From: OCS116 cluster bacterium AG-430-B22
Lineage (GTDB): Bacteria; Pseudomonadota; Alphaproteobacteria; MED-G09
Assembly (NCBI GenBank): GCA_003209955.1
Contig: QCOD01000006.1
Span: 15,167 to 79,166 of the forward strand
Direction of reading: 5' to 3'
DNA length: 64,000 bases
How positions within the stretch are numbered: position 1 is the stretch's first letter; the number at the start of each line of letters is the position of its first letter. Under the pieces are notes generated by a model. It was not told the DNA's origin. It was given only the letters and a program-made list of their open reading frames with translations, and did no database searches. This document shows, piece by piece, positions 52,300 to 63,053 of this stretch. The translations under genes and the position numbers were made by a program.

Positions 52300-53322
52300 T
52301 TGATAGCTTTTACAATAAATAAAGAAAACAAACCATTAATTATTTGGGTATCTTCATTAATATTAATGTTATTCACTCTTGTTTTGGTTGGAGGGGCAAC
52401 AAGAGTTACTGACTCTGGTTTATCAATAACAGAGTGGGAGCTAGTAATAGGTGTATTTCCACCTCTATCGTTAGAATCCTGGATTTTCGAATTCGAGAAA
52501 TATAAAAAAATCCCTGAATATACTCTCGTTAACTATCAAATGAGTTTGTCTGAGTTTAAGGTTATTTATTTATGGGAATGGGGCCATCGTTTCCTAGCTA
52601 GAATTGTTGGATTAATTGCTTTGTTACCTTTTGTTTATTTTTTAATTTCAAAAAAACTATCAAAATCACAAGTAAAAAAATCATTATTAATCATTATATT
52701 GTTAGGTATCCAAGGATATATTGGTTGGTATATGGTTCAAAGCGGACTAACTGAAAGAGTTGATGTCAGTCAATACAGATTGGCAACACATTTAACCATG
52801 GCTTTTATTATAATTTATGTCAGTTTTATGTTGCTATTCGATATGTTGAATTTAAAAGGAAATTTTTCTTCACCTTTTTCTAAATTGTGGTCTACTTTTT
52901 TTGTAAGTCTTATTTTTTTACAAATATTTCTTGGAGGAATAGTCTCTGGGCTTGATGGAGGTTTGATTTACCCAACATGGCCATTAATGGGTAACACATT
53001 TTTACCTTTGGACTACTGGAGTTTAGATTTAGGTTATTTGAATTTTTTTGAAAATAGATCTAACATTCAATTCAATCACAGAACTTTGGCTTATTTAATA
53101 TTATTTTTATCTTTAATTAATATTTATATATTTAAGAAAAATAGAGATCTTTTTAAGATTTCTAATCTTTTACTAATAATTGTTCTTGTACAGATCTTTT
53201 TTGGTGTAGTTTCAATTTTATTTTATATGCCCTGGGAAACTGCATTATTGCATCAATTTTTTGCTCTAATTTTATTCTCTGTTTCAATATTTTATCGATC
53301 AATTATCTTTCGAAGTAAATAA
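52300..53322 (+). CDS. ctaA: heme A synthase (COX15/CtaA type 2)
   Basis: GGATRVTDSGLSITEW, WEWGHR, YRLATHL, QFNHR, LHQ. Confidence 0.97.
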   Translation: MIAFTINKENKPLIIWVSSLILMLFTLVLVGGATRVTDSGLSITEWELVIGVFPPLSLESWIFEFEKYKKIPEYTLVNYQMSLSEFKVIYLWEWGHRFLARIVGLIALLPFVYFLISKKLSKSQVKKSLLIIILLGIQGYIGWYMVQSGLTERVDVSQYRLATHLTMAFIIIYVSFMLLFDMLNLKGNFSSPFSKLWSTFFVSLIFLQIFLGGIVSGLDGGLIYPTWPLMGNTFLPLDYWSLDLGYLNFFENRSNIQFNHRTLAYLILFLSLINIYIFKKNRDLFKISNLLLIIVLVQIFFGVVSILFYMPWETALLHQFFALILFSVSIFYRSIIFRSK

Positions 53323-53368
53323 TTACTTCAAAATAAACTATTGTTTTTATTTAATTAAATTATAAGTA

Positions 53369-53396
53369 TTGACATAAATTAACTATTCTTTAAAAG
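53369..53396 (+). promoter_or_regulatory. probable rplM promoter
   Basis: TTGACA, 16 nt, TAAAAG. Confidence 0.45.
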
Positions 53397-53420
53397 AACT
53401 TTAAATTTGGATTTATAGCT

Positions 53421-53882
53421 ATGAAAACAATTTCTACAAAACAAAGTGAAGTTGAGAAAAAGTGGATACTTATTGATGCAACTGATGTTGTTGTAGGTAG
53501 AGTGGCTTCTTTTATCGCTAATAGGCTTAGAGGTAAACATTTAGCCTCTTTTACACCACATGTTGATGATGGCGATCATGTAGTAGTTATAAATGCTGAA
53601 AAGATACATTTTACTGGTAATAAATTAACAGATAAAAAATACTATAAACACACAGGCTATCCAGGCGGAATTAAAATGCAAACTCCTGAAAATATCCTTG
53701 CTAGCAAATTTCCTGACAGAATATTAAAGAAAGCTGTTGAGAGAATGATGCCTTCAGGACCTTTAGCAAACAAACAAATAAGAAATTTGAAGATTTATTG
53801 TGGTACTGAGCATCCTCATGAATCTCAAAAACCTGAATTAATAGATTTTAGATCTATGAATGTGAAAAATGGAAAAAGATAA
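53421..53882 (+). CDS. rplM: 50S ribosomal protein L13
   Basis: [20 protein letters not shown]. Confidence 0.99.
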   Translation: MKTISTKQSEVEKKWILIDATDVVVGRVASFIANRLRGKHLASFTPHVDDGDHVVVINAEKIHFTGNKLTDKKYYKHTGYPGGIKMQTPENILASKFPDRILKKAVERMMPSGPLANKQIRNLKIYCGTEHPHESQKPELIDFRSMNVKNGKR

Positions 53883-54374
53883 ATGGAAGAACAAGAAAAT
53901 ACAGAAGAAATAAAAAGTTTTGAAGATTTATCAAAAACTGAAAAAAATGAAAATGATATGATACTTCCTGAAAAAGAAGTTGATGATTTTGGTAGATCTT
54001 ATGCTACAGGGAAAAGAAAAGATGCTGTAGCTAGGGTTTGGCTTAAACAAGGGCCAGGTAATATAACAATTAATGGAAAATCATCTGATGATTATTTTGC
54101 AAGACCTGTTTTAAGGATGTTAATTAACCAACCACTTATTGCCTCAGAAAGAAAAGAACAATTTGATGTTGTTTGTTCTGTAACAGGTGGAGGGCTCTCC
54201 GGACAAGCCGGCGCTGTTAGGCATGGTATTTCTAAAGCTTTAGTACTATTTGAGCCAGAATTGAAGAAAATTTTGAAATCTGGTGGTTTCTTAACACGTG
54301 ATTCAAGAGTTGTTGAAAGAAAGAAATACGGAAGACGTAAGGCAAGACGTAGTTTCCAATTCTCAAAGCGTTAA
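53883..54374 (+). CDS. rpsI: 30S ribosomal protein S9
   Basis: [21 protein letters not shown]. Confidence 0.99.
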   Translation: MEEQENTEEIKSFEDLSKTEKNENDMILPEKEVDDFGRSYATGKRKDAVARVWLKQGPGNITINGKSSDDYFARPVLRMLINQPLIASERKEQFDVVCSVTGGGLSGQAGAVRHGISKALVLFEPELKKILKSGGFLTRDSRVVERKKYGRRKARRSFQFSKR

Positions 54375-54396
54375 TAATTTTATCTATAAAAAATAT

Positions 54397-54423
54397 GAGC
54401 GCTTTTTTAAGCGCTCTTTTTTT
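54397..54423 (+). terminator. intrinsic terminator after rpsI
   Basis: GAGCGCTT-TTTT-AAGCGCTC followed by T7. Confidence 0.85.
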
Positions 54424-54451
54424 ATGTAGTAAAAAGTTATAAGGTATAAAA

Positions 54452-55498
54452 ATGAATCAAAATAAGATAAATATAGCTGTTCTCGGTGCATCAGGTTATA
54501 CAGGTGGTGATTTAATTAAAATATTATTAAATCATAATTATGTTAATATTTCTGCTCTAAGCGCTAACTCTAAATTAGGTATGAATCCTTCTAATGTTCA
54601 TGCCTCATTATTTAATGCTCAGTTACCAGATTTTGTAAGTCTTGATGAAATAGATTTTACTCAAATTGATTTGGTTATATCAGGTTTACCGCATAACAAT
54701 TTACATAATATTATCAATAATATACCAAATAAATGTAAAGTAATAGATATGTCTGCTGATTTCAGATTTTCTGATGTTAATATATACAACCAATATTATG
54801 AAACTTCACATAATTCATCTGAATTACTTAGCGAAACAACATATGGTTTGTCAGAAATTTTTAGGGACTCTATAAAAGAATCTAGAATTGTTGCTTGCCC
54901 AGGTTGTTATCCTACTGCAGTTCTATTATCAATTTTACCACTTATTAAAGAGAATATTATTTCTCTAGAAGACATTATTGTTGACGCTAAGTCAGGTGTT
55001 TCGGGTGCAGGTAGGGGTAATAAAGAAGAGCTAATGTTCTCAGAGATCTCAGAAAGTATGAAACCATACAATATTGCAAAACATAGACATACGCCTGAAA
55101 TTGAACAAATTATTAGGAATATAAGCGGTAAAGAAATAAAAATAAATTTTACACCACATTTAATTCCAATAAATAGAGGGGAATTGGTAACTATATATTT
55201 AAAGACAATTAATGGATCTAAAGCAAAAGAAGCAATTTCTTGTTTAAATTCTTATTATAAAGAAGATGCTTATGTTCATATTTCAAATCAAGGTATTCCA
55301 TCTGAAACCTCTAAGGTGAGAGGTTCAAATAATTGTTTAATTTCTATTTTTGATGATAGAATTGATGAAAGAATTATAATATCGACTTCAATAGATAATT
55401 TAATAAAAGGTTCAGCTGGTCAAGCAATTCAAAATATGAATATTATGTTCGATTTTGATGAGAGTGAAGGTTTAGCTAGTTTTGGTATGTACCCATAA
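54452..55498 (+). CDS. argC: N-acetyl-gamma-glutamyl-phosphate reductase
   Basis: GASGYTG, PGCYPT, SGVSGAG, DNLIKGSAGQA. Confidence 0.98.
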   Translation: MNQNKINIAVLGASGYTGGDLIKILLNHNYVNISALSANSKLGMNPSNVHASLFNAQLPDFVSLDEIDFTQIDLVISGLPHNNLHNIINNIPNKCKVIDMSADFRFSDVNIYNQYYETSHNSSELLSETTYGLSEIFRDSIKESRIVACPGCYPTAVLLSILPLIKENIISLEDIIVDAKSGVSGAGRGNKEELMFSEISESMKPYNIAKHRHTPEIEQIIRNISGKEIKINFTPHLIPINRGELVTIYLKTINGSKAKEAISCLNSYYKEDAYVHISNQGIPSETSKVRGSNNCLISIFDDRIDERIIISTSIDNLIKGSAGQAIQNMNIMFDFDESEGLASFGMYP

Positions 55499-55506
55499 GT
55501 AAGAAA

Positions 55507-55713
55507 ATGAAATCTCTTTTTTTAATATTTTTTTGTATTTTTTTGATTTCTTGTGGAACAAGAGAGACAATAAAAAAAAAGTATCTATATAGTGAAACAG
55601 TTATGCAGTTGTTAAGTGATCAAGAATATTATGACCTTGATAAAAATGCAAAATGGCCAAGTAATGATAATAATTTCTGCTATATAAGTAGTGATAAAAA
55701 AGTTGTGAATTAA
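55507..55713 (+). CDS. small lipoprotein
   Basis: MK + hydrophobic stretch + lipobox LIS-C. Confidence 0.6.
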   Translation: MKSLFLIFFCIFLISCGTRETIKKKYLYSETVMQLLSDQEYYDLDKNAKWPSNDNNFCYISSDKKVVN

Positions 55714-55718
55714 TTAGT

Positions 55719-56891
55719 ATGAAAAAGCTTGAAAAATTAGATAGGCTTCCCCCTTATGTTTTTGCAGAAGTCAACCGCATTAAAGATGATGCTCGCTCTA
55801 AGGGGAAGGATATTATTGATTTTGGTATGGGTAATCCTGACTCACCAACACCTAAGCATATAGTTGATAAATTAATAGAAGCTGTACAAGATCCAAAATC
55901 TCATCGTTATTCTTCATCTAAGGGGATATCTGGGCTAAGAAAAGCACAAGCAGAATATTACGAAAGGAGGTTTAATGTTAAGTTAAATTATGAAACAGAA
56001 GTAGTTGCCACTCTTGGTTCTAAAGAGGGCTTAGCAAATATGGCTCAAGTATTAAGTGTCCCAAGTGACACATTTTTAGTTCCTAACCCGGCATATCCAA
56101 TTCATGCTTTTGGTTTCATTATATCAGGTGCAAATTTAATTCATTATCGTATTAATGAAGAAATTGATTTGATGACTGAAATAGCTGAAAAAGTTGAATC
56201 ATCAAAATATCCTGTAAAAGCTATTGTTATAAATTTTCCATCAAATCCTACCGCTCGTATCTGCAGTAGAGATTTTTATAAAGAAATTGTTTTATACGCC
56301 ATAAAAAAAGATATTATACTTTTATCTGACCTAGCTTATTCAGAAATTTATTTTAATGAAGATGATAAGCCAACATCTATTTTAGAGATAGATGGCGCAA
56401 AAGATGTAGCTGTTGAATTTACTTCAATGTCTAAAACTTTTTCTATGCCAGGTTGGAGAATGGGCTTTGCAGTTGGAAATGAATATTTAATTTCAGCTCT
56501 TACAAGAATAAAATCTTATCTTGACTATGGAGCTTTTACGCCAATTCAGGTTGCTTCCGTTACTGCTTTGAATAGCGATGAAAAATTTATTGATGACATA
56601 AGAATGGTATACAAAGAGAGAAGAGACATATTAATTGAATCATTTTCTAATGCTGGATGGGATATACCTGCTCCAAAAGCAACTATGTTTGCTTGGTCGC
56701 CAATTCCAGAAAAATATAAGGAAATGACTTCTTTGGAATTTTCAAAATTACTTTTAGAAAAAGCTGATATTGCTGTTTCACCAGGTTTAGGTTTTGGCGA
56801 ATATGGAGAAGGTTTTGTTAGATTATCAATGGTAGAGAATGAACAAAGAGTTCGCCAAGCCGCAAGAAACCTTAGAAAATTAATGAAATGA
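55719..56891 (+). CDS. class I/II PLP aminotransferase (AlaC/LL-DAP aminotransferase-like)
   Basis: LPPYVF, NFPSNPT, DLAY, SKTFSMPGWR; conserved upstream of hom. Confidence 0.92.
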   Translation: MKKLEKLDRLPPYVFAEVNRIKDDARSKGKDIIDFGMGNPDSPTPKHIVDKLIEAVQDPKSHRYSSSKGISGLRKAQAEYYERRFNVKLNYETEVVATLGSKEGLANMAQVLSVPSDTFLVPNPAYPIHAFGFIISGANLIHYRINEEIDLMTEIAEKVESSKYPVKAIVINFPSNPTARICSRDFYKEIVLYAIKKDIILLSDLAYSEIYFNEDDKPTSILEIDGAKDVAVEFTSMSKTFSMPGWRMGFAVGNEYLISALTRIKSYLDYGAFTPIQVASVTALNSDEKFIDDIRMVYKERRDILIESFSNAGWDIPAPKATMFAWSPIPEKYKEMTSLEFSKLLLEKADIAVSPGLGFGEYGEGFVRLSMVENEQRVRQAARNLRKLMK

Positions 56892-58192
56892 CGAAAGAAT
56901 TGAATATTGGAATTGTTGGTCTAGGAACCGTAGGTTCGGGTGTAATCAAAAGTATTGAAAAGAACAGAAGCTATTTTAAAAATAATTATAATGTTGAGTT
57001 TAATATTCTAGGTATATCAGCAAATTCTAAGAATAAAGAAAGATCATTTAATGTTTCAAATTATAAATGGTTTGATAACCCATTAGATATTATTAGTGAA
57101 AACAATATTGATACAGTAATTGAGTTAATAGGTGGTGAAGATGGTTTGGCTTATGATTTAGCAATAAATTCTTTAAAAAATGATAAAAATTTTATAACTG
57201 CAAACAAAGCATTAATTTCTAAACATGGAGAGGAATTATCAATTCTTACTGAAAAACATAAAAATTTTTTTGGTTTTGAGGCTTCTGTAGCAGGAGGAAT
57301 TCCAATAATTAAAACCCTTAAAGAAAGTCTTATTTTAAATGAAATTAGAAAGATTTATGCAATTTTAAACGGTACTTCAAATTATATTCTATCAAATATG
57401 GGTAAATTAAATATAAGTTTTGATGTTGCTCTTAAAGATGCTCAAGATAAAGGTTATGCTGAATCTGATCCTACTCTTGATATCAATGGTGAGGATTCTG
57501 CTCACAAATTATCAATTTTAAATTCTATAATTTTTTCTGAAATACCATCTTTTAAAAGTATTCATATTAGAGGAATAGAAAATATAGATCTTATAGACCA
57601 CCATTACTCATCTGAATTTGGATATAATATAAGACTAATTGCTTTATCACAAATTACAGATAATGGCGTTTATAAAGAAGTAACACCTATGTTAGTAGAT
57701 AAGGATAGTTCTTTAGGAAGAGTTGATGAGGCAAATAACATAATAAAGATAATTGGACAAGAAAGTGGAGATGTTGTTTTAGAAGGACAAGGCGCAGGAG
57801 AAGGGCCAACTTCTTCATCAGTTATTTCTGATTTAATCGATTGTGCTACAGGCTCGAAATTATATTTATTTAGTAAATCACATTCCGAATTATCAAATAG
57901 TACAGATAAAATTTCATCAGAAGAAAGAGCATATTATTTGAGGTTTTTTTTAAAAGATCAAAAAGGTTCTATGTCTAATTTAACTAAACTTTTAAGCGAT
58001 AGTAATATTTCTTTGGATAAGATAATTCAAAAGGACGAAAATAATAATAATAATAAAGATAACTTTAAGCCAGTGATCATGATCACATATCCTGTGAAAA
58101 AAGATGAAATTGATTCATTAATTGATATATTAAGTAGTTCAGATATTGTATCTTCTGTACCACTGCATATGCCAATTTTAGTTAAGGGTTGA
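56888..58192 (+). CDS. hom: homoserine dehydrogenase
   Basis: GLGTVG, TANKA, EASVAGGIP, NGTSNY, GYAESDP; ACT domain. Confidence 0.97.
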   Translation: MTKELNIGIVGLGTVGSGVIKSIEKNRSYFKNNYNVEFNILGISANSKNKERSFNVSNYKWFDNPLDIISENNIDTVIELIGGEDGLAYDLAINSLKNDKNFITANKALISKHGEELSILTEKHKNFFGFEASVAGGIPIIKTLKESLILNEIRKIYAILNGTSNYILSNMGKLNISFDVALKDAQDKGYAESDPTLDINGEDSAHKLSILNSIIFSEIPSFKSIHIRGIENIDLIDHHYSSEFGYNIRLIALSQITDNGVYKEVTPMLVDKDSSLGRVDEANNIIKIIGQESGDVVLEGQGAGEGPTSSSVISDLIDCATGSKLYLFSKSHSELSNSTDKISSEERAYYLRFFLKDQKGSMSNLTKLLSDSNISLDKIIQKDENNNNNKDNFKPVIMITYPVKKDEIDSLIDILSSSDIVSSVPLHMPILVKG

Positions 58193-58195
58193 AAA

Positions 58196-59170
58196 ATGTC
58201 AGATGAAATATTAGATAGAGTACTCACTCTTGAGCTTGTTAGAGTTACGGAACGTGCTGCTGTAGCTGCATCATATCTTGTTGGAAGAGGTAACGAAAAA
58301 GATGCTGATCAAGCAGCTGTTGATGCAATGCGTAAAGAATTAAATCAACTTGATATTGATGGAGAAGTTGTAATAGGTGAGGGCGAGAGAGATGAGGCGC
58401 CTATGCTTTTTATAGGTGAAAAAGTTGGAAGTGGAAAAGGGCCTAAAGTTGATATAGCTCTTGATCCATTAGAAGGCACGACACTTACAGCGAAAGGTCA
58501 AGCTGATGCGTTAACAACGATAGCGATGGCAGAAAAAGGTTCATTACTGAATGCTCCCGATGTTTACATGCAAAAAATTGCAATTGGCCCTGGTTGCCCA
58601 GATAATCTTATTTCGCTTGAAGAAGATCCTGAAAAAAATGTTACAGAGCTTAGTAAAGCTCTTAATAAACCTATTGAGCAAATAACAGTTTGCGTGCTTG
58701 ATAGACCAAGGCATGATAATTTAATTGAATCCTTAAGATCTGTTGGTGCAAAAGTAAGATTAATACAAGATGGAGATATTGCTGGAGTAATCCATACAAC
58801 CGAAAAATCTACTGGCATTGATATGTATATGGGTATCGGAGGTGCTCCTGAAGGTGTTTTAGCTGCTGCTGCTCTTCGTTGTATTGGTGGTCAAATGCAA
58901 ACTAAATTAGTATTGGAAGATCAAGAAAAGAAAGATAGAGCATCAAGGTTAGGAATAACAGATTTTGATAAAATTTATAATCTTGATGATATGGTAACAG
59001 GAGATGCATTATTTGCAGCAACTGGTGTTACTAATGGTTCCATATTATCGGGGATTGAAATTAATACCGGGATATGGACACATACAATTGTCATGCGTTC
59101 ATCTTCTAAAACTATTCGTTGGATTACTGCTCATCATCAAAATATAGATAAATTTAATTCACAAGATTAA
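58196..59170 (+). CDS. glpX: class II fructose-1,6-bisphosphatase
   Basis: IGEGERDEAPML, DPLEGT, GGAPEGV. Confidence 0.98.
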   Translation: MSDEILDRVLTLELVRVTERAAVAASYLVGRGNEKDADQAAVDAMRKELNQLDIDGEVVIGEGERDEAPMLFIGEKVGSGKGPKVDIALDPLEGTTLTAKGQADALTTIAMAEKGSLLNAPDVYMQKIAIGPGCPDNLISLEEDPEKNVTELSKALNKPIEQITVCVLDRPRHDNLIESLRSVGAKVRLIQDGDIAGVIHTTEKSTGIDMYMGIGGAPEGVLAAAALRCIGGQMQTKLVLEDQEKKDRASRLGITDFDKIYNLDDMVTGDALFAATGVTNGSILSGIEINTGIWTHTIVMRSSSKTIRWITAHHQNIDKFNSQD

Positions 59171-59172
59171 TA

Positions 59173-60957
59173 ATGAACAAAAGTCTTCTGACCATTGAAA
59201 AAAGATCATCAATTAATGGCACTTTTTGGAAGAAGCGTCTAATTGATGATGACATAAATCTTAATAAAACATCTGATTCAAAGCTTAACAGTATTTTAGA
59301 AACTATTTTATTTGGAAGAAATATTAAAAAAGAAGATTTTAATGATTTCTTGGATCCCAAGGTAAATAATCTAATAATTGATCCTATAGAATTAGTTGAT
59401 ATGGATATTGCTATAAAAGAAATTACATTAGCAATGACTGATAATAAAAAGATAGGAATTATTGGTGATTATGATGTTGATGGAACGACATCTTCTTCCT
59501 TATTAAAGAATTTTTTTGACCATTATAATGTTATTTCTGATGTCTATATTCCAGATAGACTAAAAGATGGTTATGGACCAAATATTTTTGCATTTGATCA
59601 ATTTATCGAAAAAGGAATTGATACAGTAATTACAGTTGATTGCGGATCTGCATCAATTAAACCTTTAGACTACGCTAAAAAGAATGGTATTAAGGTTATT
59701 ATTATTGATCATCATAAAGTTGATAATGTTCTTCCAGATTGTTTTGCTCATATTAATCCTACAAGAAAAGATGATAAATCTAATTTAAATCATTTGGCAG
59801 CTGTTGGTTTAACATTTTTATTTATTGTTGCCCTAAGAAGAGCATTAAGAAATGTAAAGGAATTTAATAGTATTAATGAACCAAATTTAAAAAAATATCT
59901 TGATATAGTAGCGTTAGGCACAATTTGTGATGTTGTCCAACTAAAGTCATTAAATCGAGCCTTTGTTAAAGAGGGTTTAAAAATAATTAATAATACAGAT
60001 AAATTAGGAATCAAAAGCTTATGTTCTGTTACCGGAATTAAGGATATTGATGTTTATGAGCTTGGTTATATTCTTGGACCAAGAATTAATGCTGCTGGTA
60101 GAACAGGATCGCCTGAGTTAGGTTTCAGACTTTTAACTTCAGATAATAATGATGAAACAAATGCCATAGCTGATAAATTAAATGAACTTAATAAAGAAAG
60201 ACAAAATATTGAAAAGAAAGTTTTAGATCAATCTTTAGAAAAGATAGAAAATTATATGAAAGAAAATGGTCTAAATGATTACCCGAGTTCAATATTTGTT
60301 TCTAATGATAATTGGCATTTAGGAGTTTTGGGAATAGTTGCAAGTCGGTTAAAAGATAAATTCCATCGACCGTCATTTGTAATATCTGCTAATGAAGACT
60401 TATGTACTGCCTCTGCAAGGTCATTACCAGGAATAGATATTGGTAAAATAATATTAGATGGCGTTAATCAAGGGATTCTTTTATCTGGTGGTGGTCATGC
60501 AATGGCAGGTGGATTTAGTTTACATAAAAATAAGATAGAGGAATTTAATAAATTTTGTGATTATAAAATTTTGGAATTAGATAAAGATATTCTTACAAAA
60601 AAGACTCAAAAATATGATGACATACTTGATGGTGTTGAAATTGACAGAAATTTTTATGAATTTATAAATAAAGCATCACCATATGGACAAGGTAATCCAG
60701 AGCCCAGATTTATTGTACCTAATGCTGAAATTGAATTTTGTAAAGTTGTAGGAAAGGGGCATTTAAAACTTAAAATTTCTGGTAATAATTTTAAAAATTT
60801 AGATGGTATCGCATTTAATGCTAAAGGAACCCCTTTAGGTAATTTGATAACAAGTCATTCCGGTAGTTTAATTCATTTTATTGGTGTAATTAGAAAAAAT
60901 GATTGGCAAGACTTTAAGGGTATACAATTGCAAATATTTGATGCATTTATAGCCTAG
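59173..60957 (+). CDS. recJ: single-stranded DNA exonuclease RecJ
   Basis: GDYDVDG, DHH, PRINAAGR, GGGHAMAGG, PYGQGNPEP. Confidence 0.98.
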   Translation: MNKSLLTIEKRSSINGTFWKKRLIDDDINLNKTSDSKLNSILETILFGRNIKKEDFNDFLDPKVNNLIIDPIELVDMDIAIKEITLAMTDNKKIGIIGDYDVDGTTSSSLLKNFFDHYNVISDVYIPDRLKDGYGPNIFAFDQFIEKGIDTVITVDCGSASIKPLDYAKKNGIKVIIIDHHKVDNVLPDCFAHINPTRKDDKSNLNHLAAVGLTFLFIVALRRALRNVKEFNSINEPNLKKYLDIVALGTICDVVQLKSLNRAFVKEGLKIINNTDKLGIKSLCSVTGIKDIDVYELGYILGPRINAAGRTGSPELGFRLLTSDNNDETNAIADKLNELNKERQNIEKKVLDQSLEKIENYMKENGLNDYPSSIFVSNDNWHLGVLGIVASRLKDKFHRPSFVISANEDLCTASARSLPGIDIGKIILDGVNQGILLSGGGHAMAGGFSLHKNKIEEFNKFCDYKILELDKDILTKKTQKYDDILDGVEIDRNFYEFINKASPYGQGNPEPRFIVPNAEIEFCKVVGKGHLKLKISGNNFKNLDGIAFNAKGTPLGNLITSHSGSLIHFIGVIRKNDWQDFKGIQLQIFDAFIA

Positions 60958-60993
60958 ATTCGTTAATAATTTTTCGATATAAAGATATAGCGC

Positions 60994-61068
60994 GGTCCCT
61001 TCGTCTATCGGTTAGGACGCCAGGTTTTCAACCTGGAAAGAGGGGTTCGATTCCCCTAGGGACTGCCA
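60994..61068 (+). tRNA. tRNA-Glu(TTC)
   Basis: GGTCCCT-TCGTCTATCGGTTAGGAC-GCCAGG TT TTC AA CCTGG...GTTCGATT...AGGGACTGCCA; 75 nt. Confidence 0.98.
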
Positions 61069-61103
61069 TTTCAAATAAATGATAATAAAAAAAGGTTTTA
61101 ATT

Positions 61104-62255
61104 ATGGTTGATGGTTATTCAGATTCAAAGTTTGATAAATTAAGAGCTGCATTCGAAAAAAATTTCCATGATGAGCTTGATATAGGTTCGTCTTTAGGCG
61201 TTAGTCTTAATGGTGAAGTAGTTGTAAATTTGTGGGGTGGTTATAAAGATAAAGACCTTAAAAATAAATGGAAAGAGGACACTATAATTAATGTTTGGTC
61301 TAGCACTAAAAATAAGGCATCATTATGTGCTTTATTACTTTTTGAAAGAGGATTGTTAGATTTTGATGCTCCGGTAGTTGAGTATTGGCCTGATTTTTTA
61401 GAAAATGGTAAAGAAAATATTCTTGTCAAAAATATTATGAGTCACACATCCGGTTTATCTGGTTGGGAGGAATCAATAGATTACAAAGATTATTACAATT
61501 GGGATAAATTATGTTCTTTATTGGCCCAACAAGAACCTTTTTGGGAACCTGGAAGTAAAGTGGGGTATCATTCGATAACTGTCGGTTACTTAATCGGTGA
61601 AATTGTAAGAAGAATTACAGGAAAGACTATAGGTAAATTTTTTAAGGATGAGATAGCTAAACCTTTGAATAGTGACTTTCATATTGGTCTAGATAAAGAA
61701 AATTTTGATAGGGTAGCTAAAATATTCATGCCTGGAGACCCTAGTACTGAGGATTTATTTGATGATATGGATGAAAACTCTCCAGCTTATAAAACAATGG
61801 CAAATGGTATATTACGAGCATCAGTTGCCAATGAAGATAATTGGAGAAAAGCAGAAATACCAGCTGCAGGTGGTCATGGTAATGGCAAATCTATAGCTGA
61901 GTGCATGGGATTAATAGCAAATAATGGCGAGTCTAATGGTGTAAAGCTATTATCAGAAAAAAGTTTATCTAAAATTTTTGAAGAACAAATAATGGATCAT
62001 GATTTAGTTTTAGATAGATTAGTTAGATGGGGCATAGGTTTTGGCTTACCTGTTAAAAATGATTCATGGATGGGGTATTTTAAAAATGATAAAACTTGTT
62101 ATTGGACAGGATGGGGTGGATCGCTATCAATAGCCGATAAGCAAAATAACGTAGCCCTTGGTTACACTCCATTAAGAATGGAAGATGATGTATTTGGAGA
62201 GGAACGAACAAATAATATTGTAAGATCTTTTGTTGATTGCATAGATGAGTTATGA
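61104..62255 (+). CDS. serine hydrolase, beta-lactamase-fold esterase (family VIII-like)
   Basis: SSTK (SxxK), MSHTSG, WEPG..GYH, WTGWGGS. Confidence 0.9.
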   Translation: MVDGYSDSKFDKLRAAFEKNFHDELDIGSSLGVSLNGEVVVNLWGGYKDKDLKNKWKEDTIINVWSSTKNKASLCALLLFERGLLDFDAPVVEYWPDFLENGKENILVKNIMSHTSGLSGWEESIDYKDYYNWDKLCSLLAQQEPFWEPGSKVGYHSITVGYLIGEIVRRITGKTIGKFFKDEIAKPLNSDFHIGLDKENFDRVAKIFMPGDPSTEDLFDDMDENSPAYKTMANGILRASVANEDNWRKAEIPAAGGHGNGKSIAECMGLIANNGESNGVKLLSEKSLSKIFEEQIMDHDLVLDRLVRWGIGFGLPVKNDSWMGYFKNDKTCYWTGWGGSLSIADKQNNVALGYTPLRMEDDVFGEERTNNIVRSFVDCIDEL

Positions 62256-62297
62256 GTTTAATATGAAAAGAATTTTTATAACTTTTAATAATTTTTT

Positions 62298-62561
62298 TTA
62301 TTTATGAGATAATTGCTTTCTATTTTTATAATAACCTCTAAGCCCTATGTAAGTATGAATTATGTTCACTATTACAAAAGCATAGAGATCAAGAATAATA
62401 AACATCATTGCACCAGTGAATCTTCCGAGTGCAGTAACAATATAACCGCTAAGACGTGATTTTGGTTTGGTTGAACTTACAAGATATACGCCTAAAAGAC
62501 TTATAACTACAATTACCCATTGACCATACCTGACAATTTGTTCTGAGTATAAAAAATCCAT
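62298..62561 (-). CDS. small membrane protein, unknown
   Basis: 87 aa, three hydrophobic segments, SD GGAG. Confidence 0.6.
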   Translation of the reverse strand: MDFLYSEQIVRYGQWVIVVISLLGVYLVSSTKPKSRLSGYIVTALGRFTGAMMFIILDLYAFVIVNIIHTYIGLRGYYKNRKQLSHK

Positions 62562-62623
62562 TATTGATTCTCCAATATCTATAAATAATTTTTACGAGTA
62601 AATTTTTAAAAAAATAATTTGAT

Positions 62624-62902
62624 TTACATGATTACCAATTGATCGGTAATTACAAACATTTCCACGCTGTCTTCTTCAATACCATCATTTGACATTGCTT
62701 TAGCAGTTTCTTCAGAGGTAAATATTTCATTAAATTTATCTAAATCATCAGTTTCAAAAATAGCTAATACAGAATTATTATCAGTCGCTCCCATATAAGC
62801 AATTGATACACCTTGGCTTTTAAATAATTCTCCATGTGTTTTAAATTCTTCTTTCCATTTATCTGAGTTTTCTACTTTTGCTCTCACTCCAACTAAAGGC
62901 AT
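62624..62902 (-). CDS. small ferredoxin-fold (dimeric alpha/beta barrel-like) protein
   Basis: KVENSDKWKEEF...KAMSNDG pattern; SD GGAG. Confidence 0.55.
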   Translation of the reverse strand: MPLVGVRAKVENSDKWKEEFKTHGELFKSQGVSIAYMGATDNNSVLAIFETDDLDKFNEIFTSEETAKAMSNDGIEEDSVEMFVITDQLVIM

Positions 62903-62963
62903 ATTTTTACTCCATATTAAATTTGATTATGACTCTATCAGTTATATAAGTTATAACAATAAA

Positions 62964-63041
62964 ATGTTTTTTCTAAGATTATTTGGTTGGACTATTGCTT
63001 GGTTAATTATAAGTTATTTAATCTATCTTCTTATTATTTAA
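62964..63041 (+). CDS. unlisted 25-aa hydrophobic ORF (MFFLRLFGWTIAWLIISYLIYLLII)
   Basis: ATG..TAA ending 12 nt before the next gene; no clear SD. Confidence 0.35.
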   Translation: MFFLRLFGWTIAWLIISYLIYLLII

Positions 63042-63053
63042 TCAAATTTATTA

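Noticed and set aside
53379-53393. TTAA-N7-TTAA CtrA-like box in the rplM promoter
   Set aside because: Expected often by chance at this AT content, and rplM is not a typical CtrA target
58040-58054. (AAT)5 in hom
   Set aside because: Short in-frame Asn run in an ACT-domain loop; unremarkable in AT-rich DNA
61104-62255. Beta-lactamase resistance gene
   Set aside because: No signal peptide; motifs fit cytoplasmic family VIII esterases
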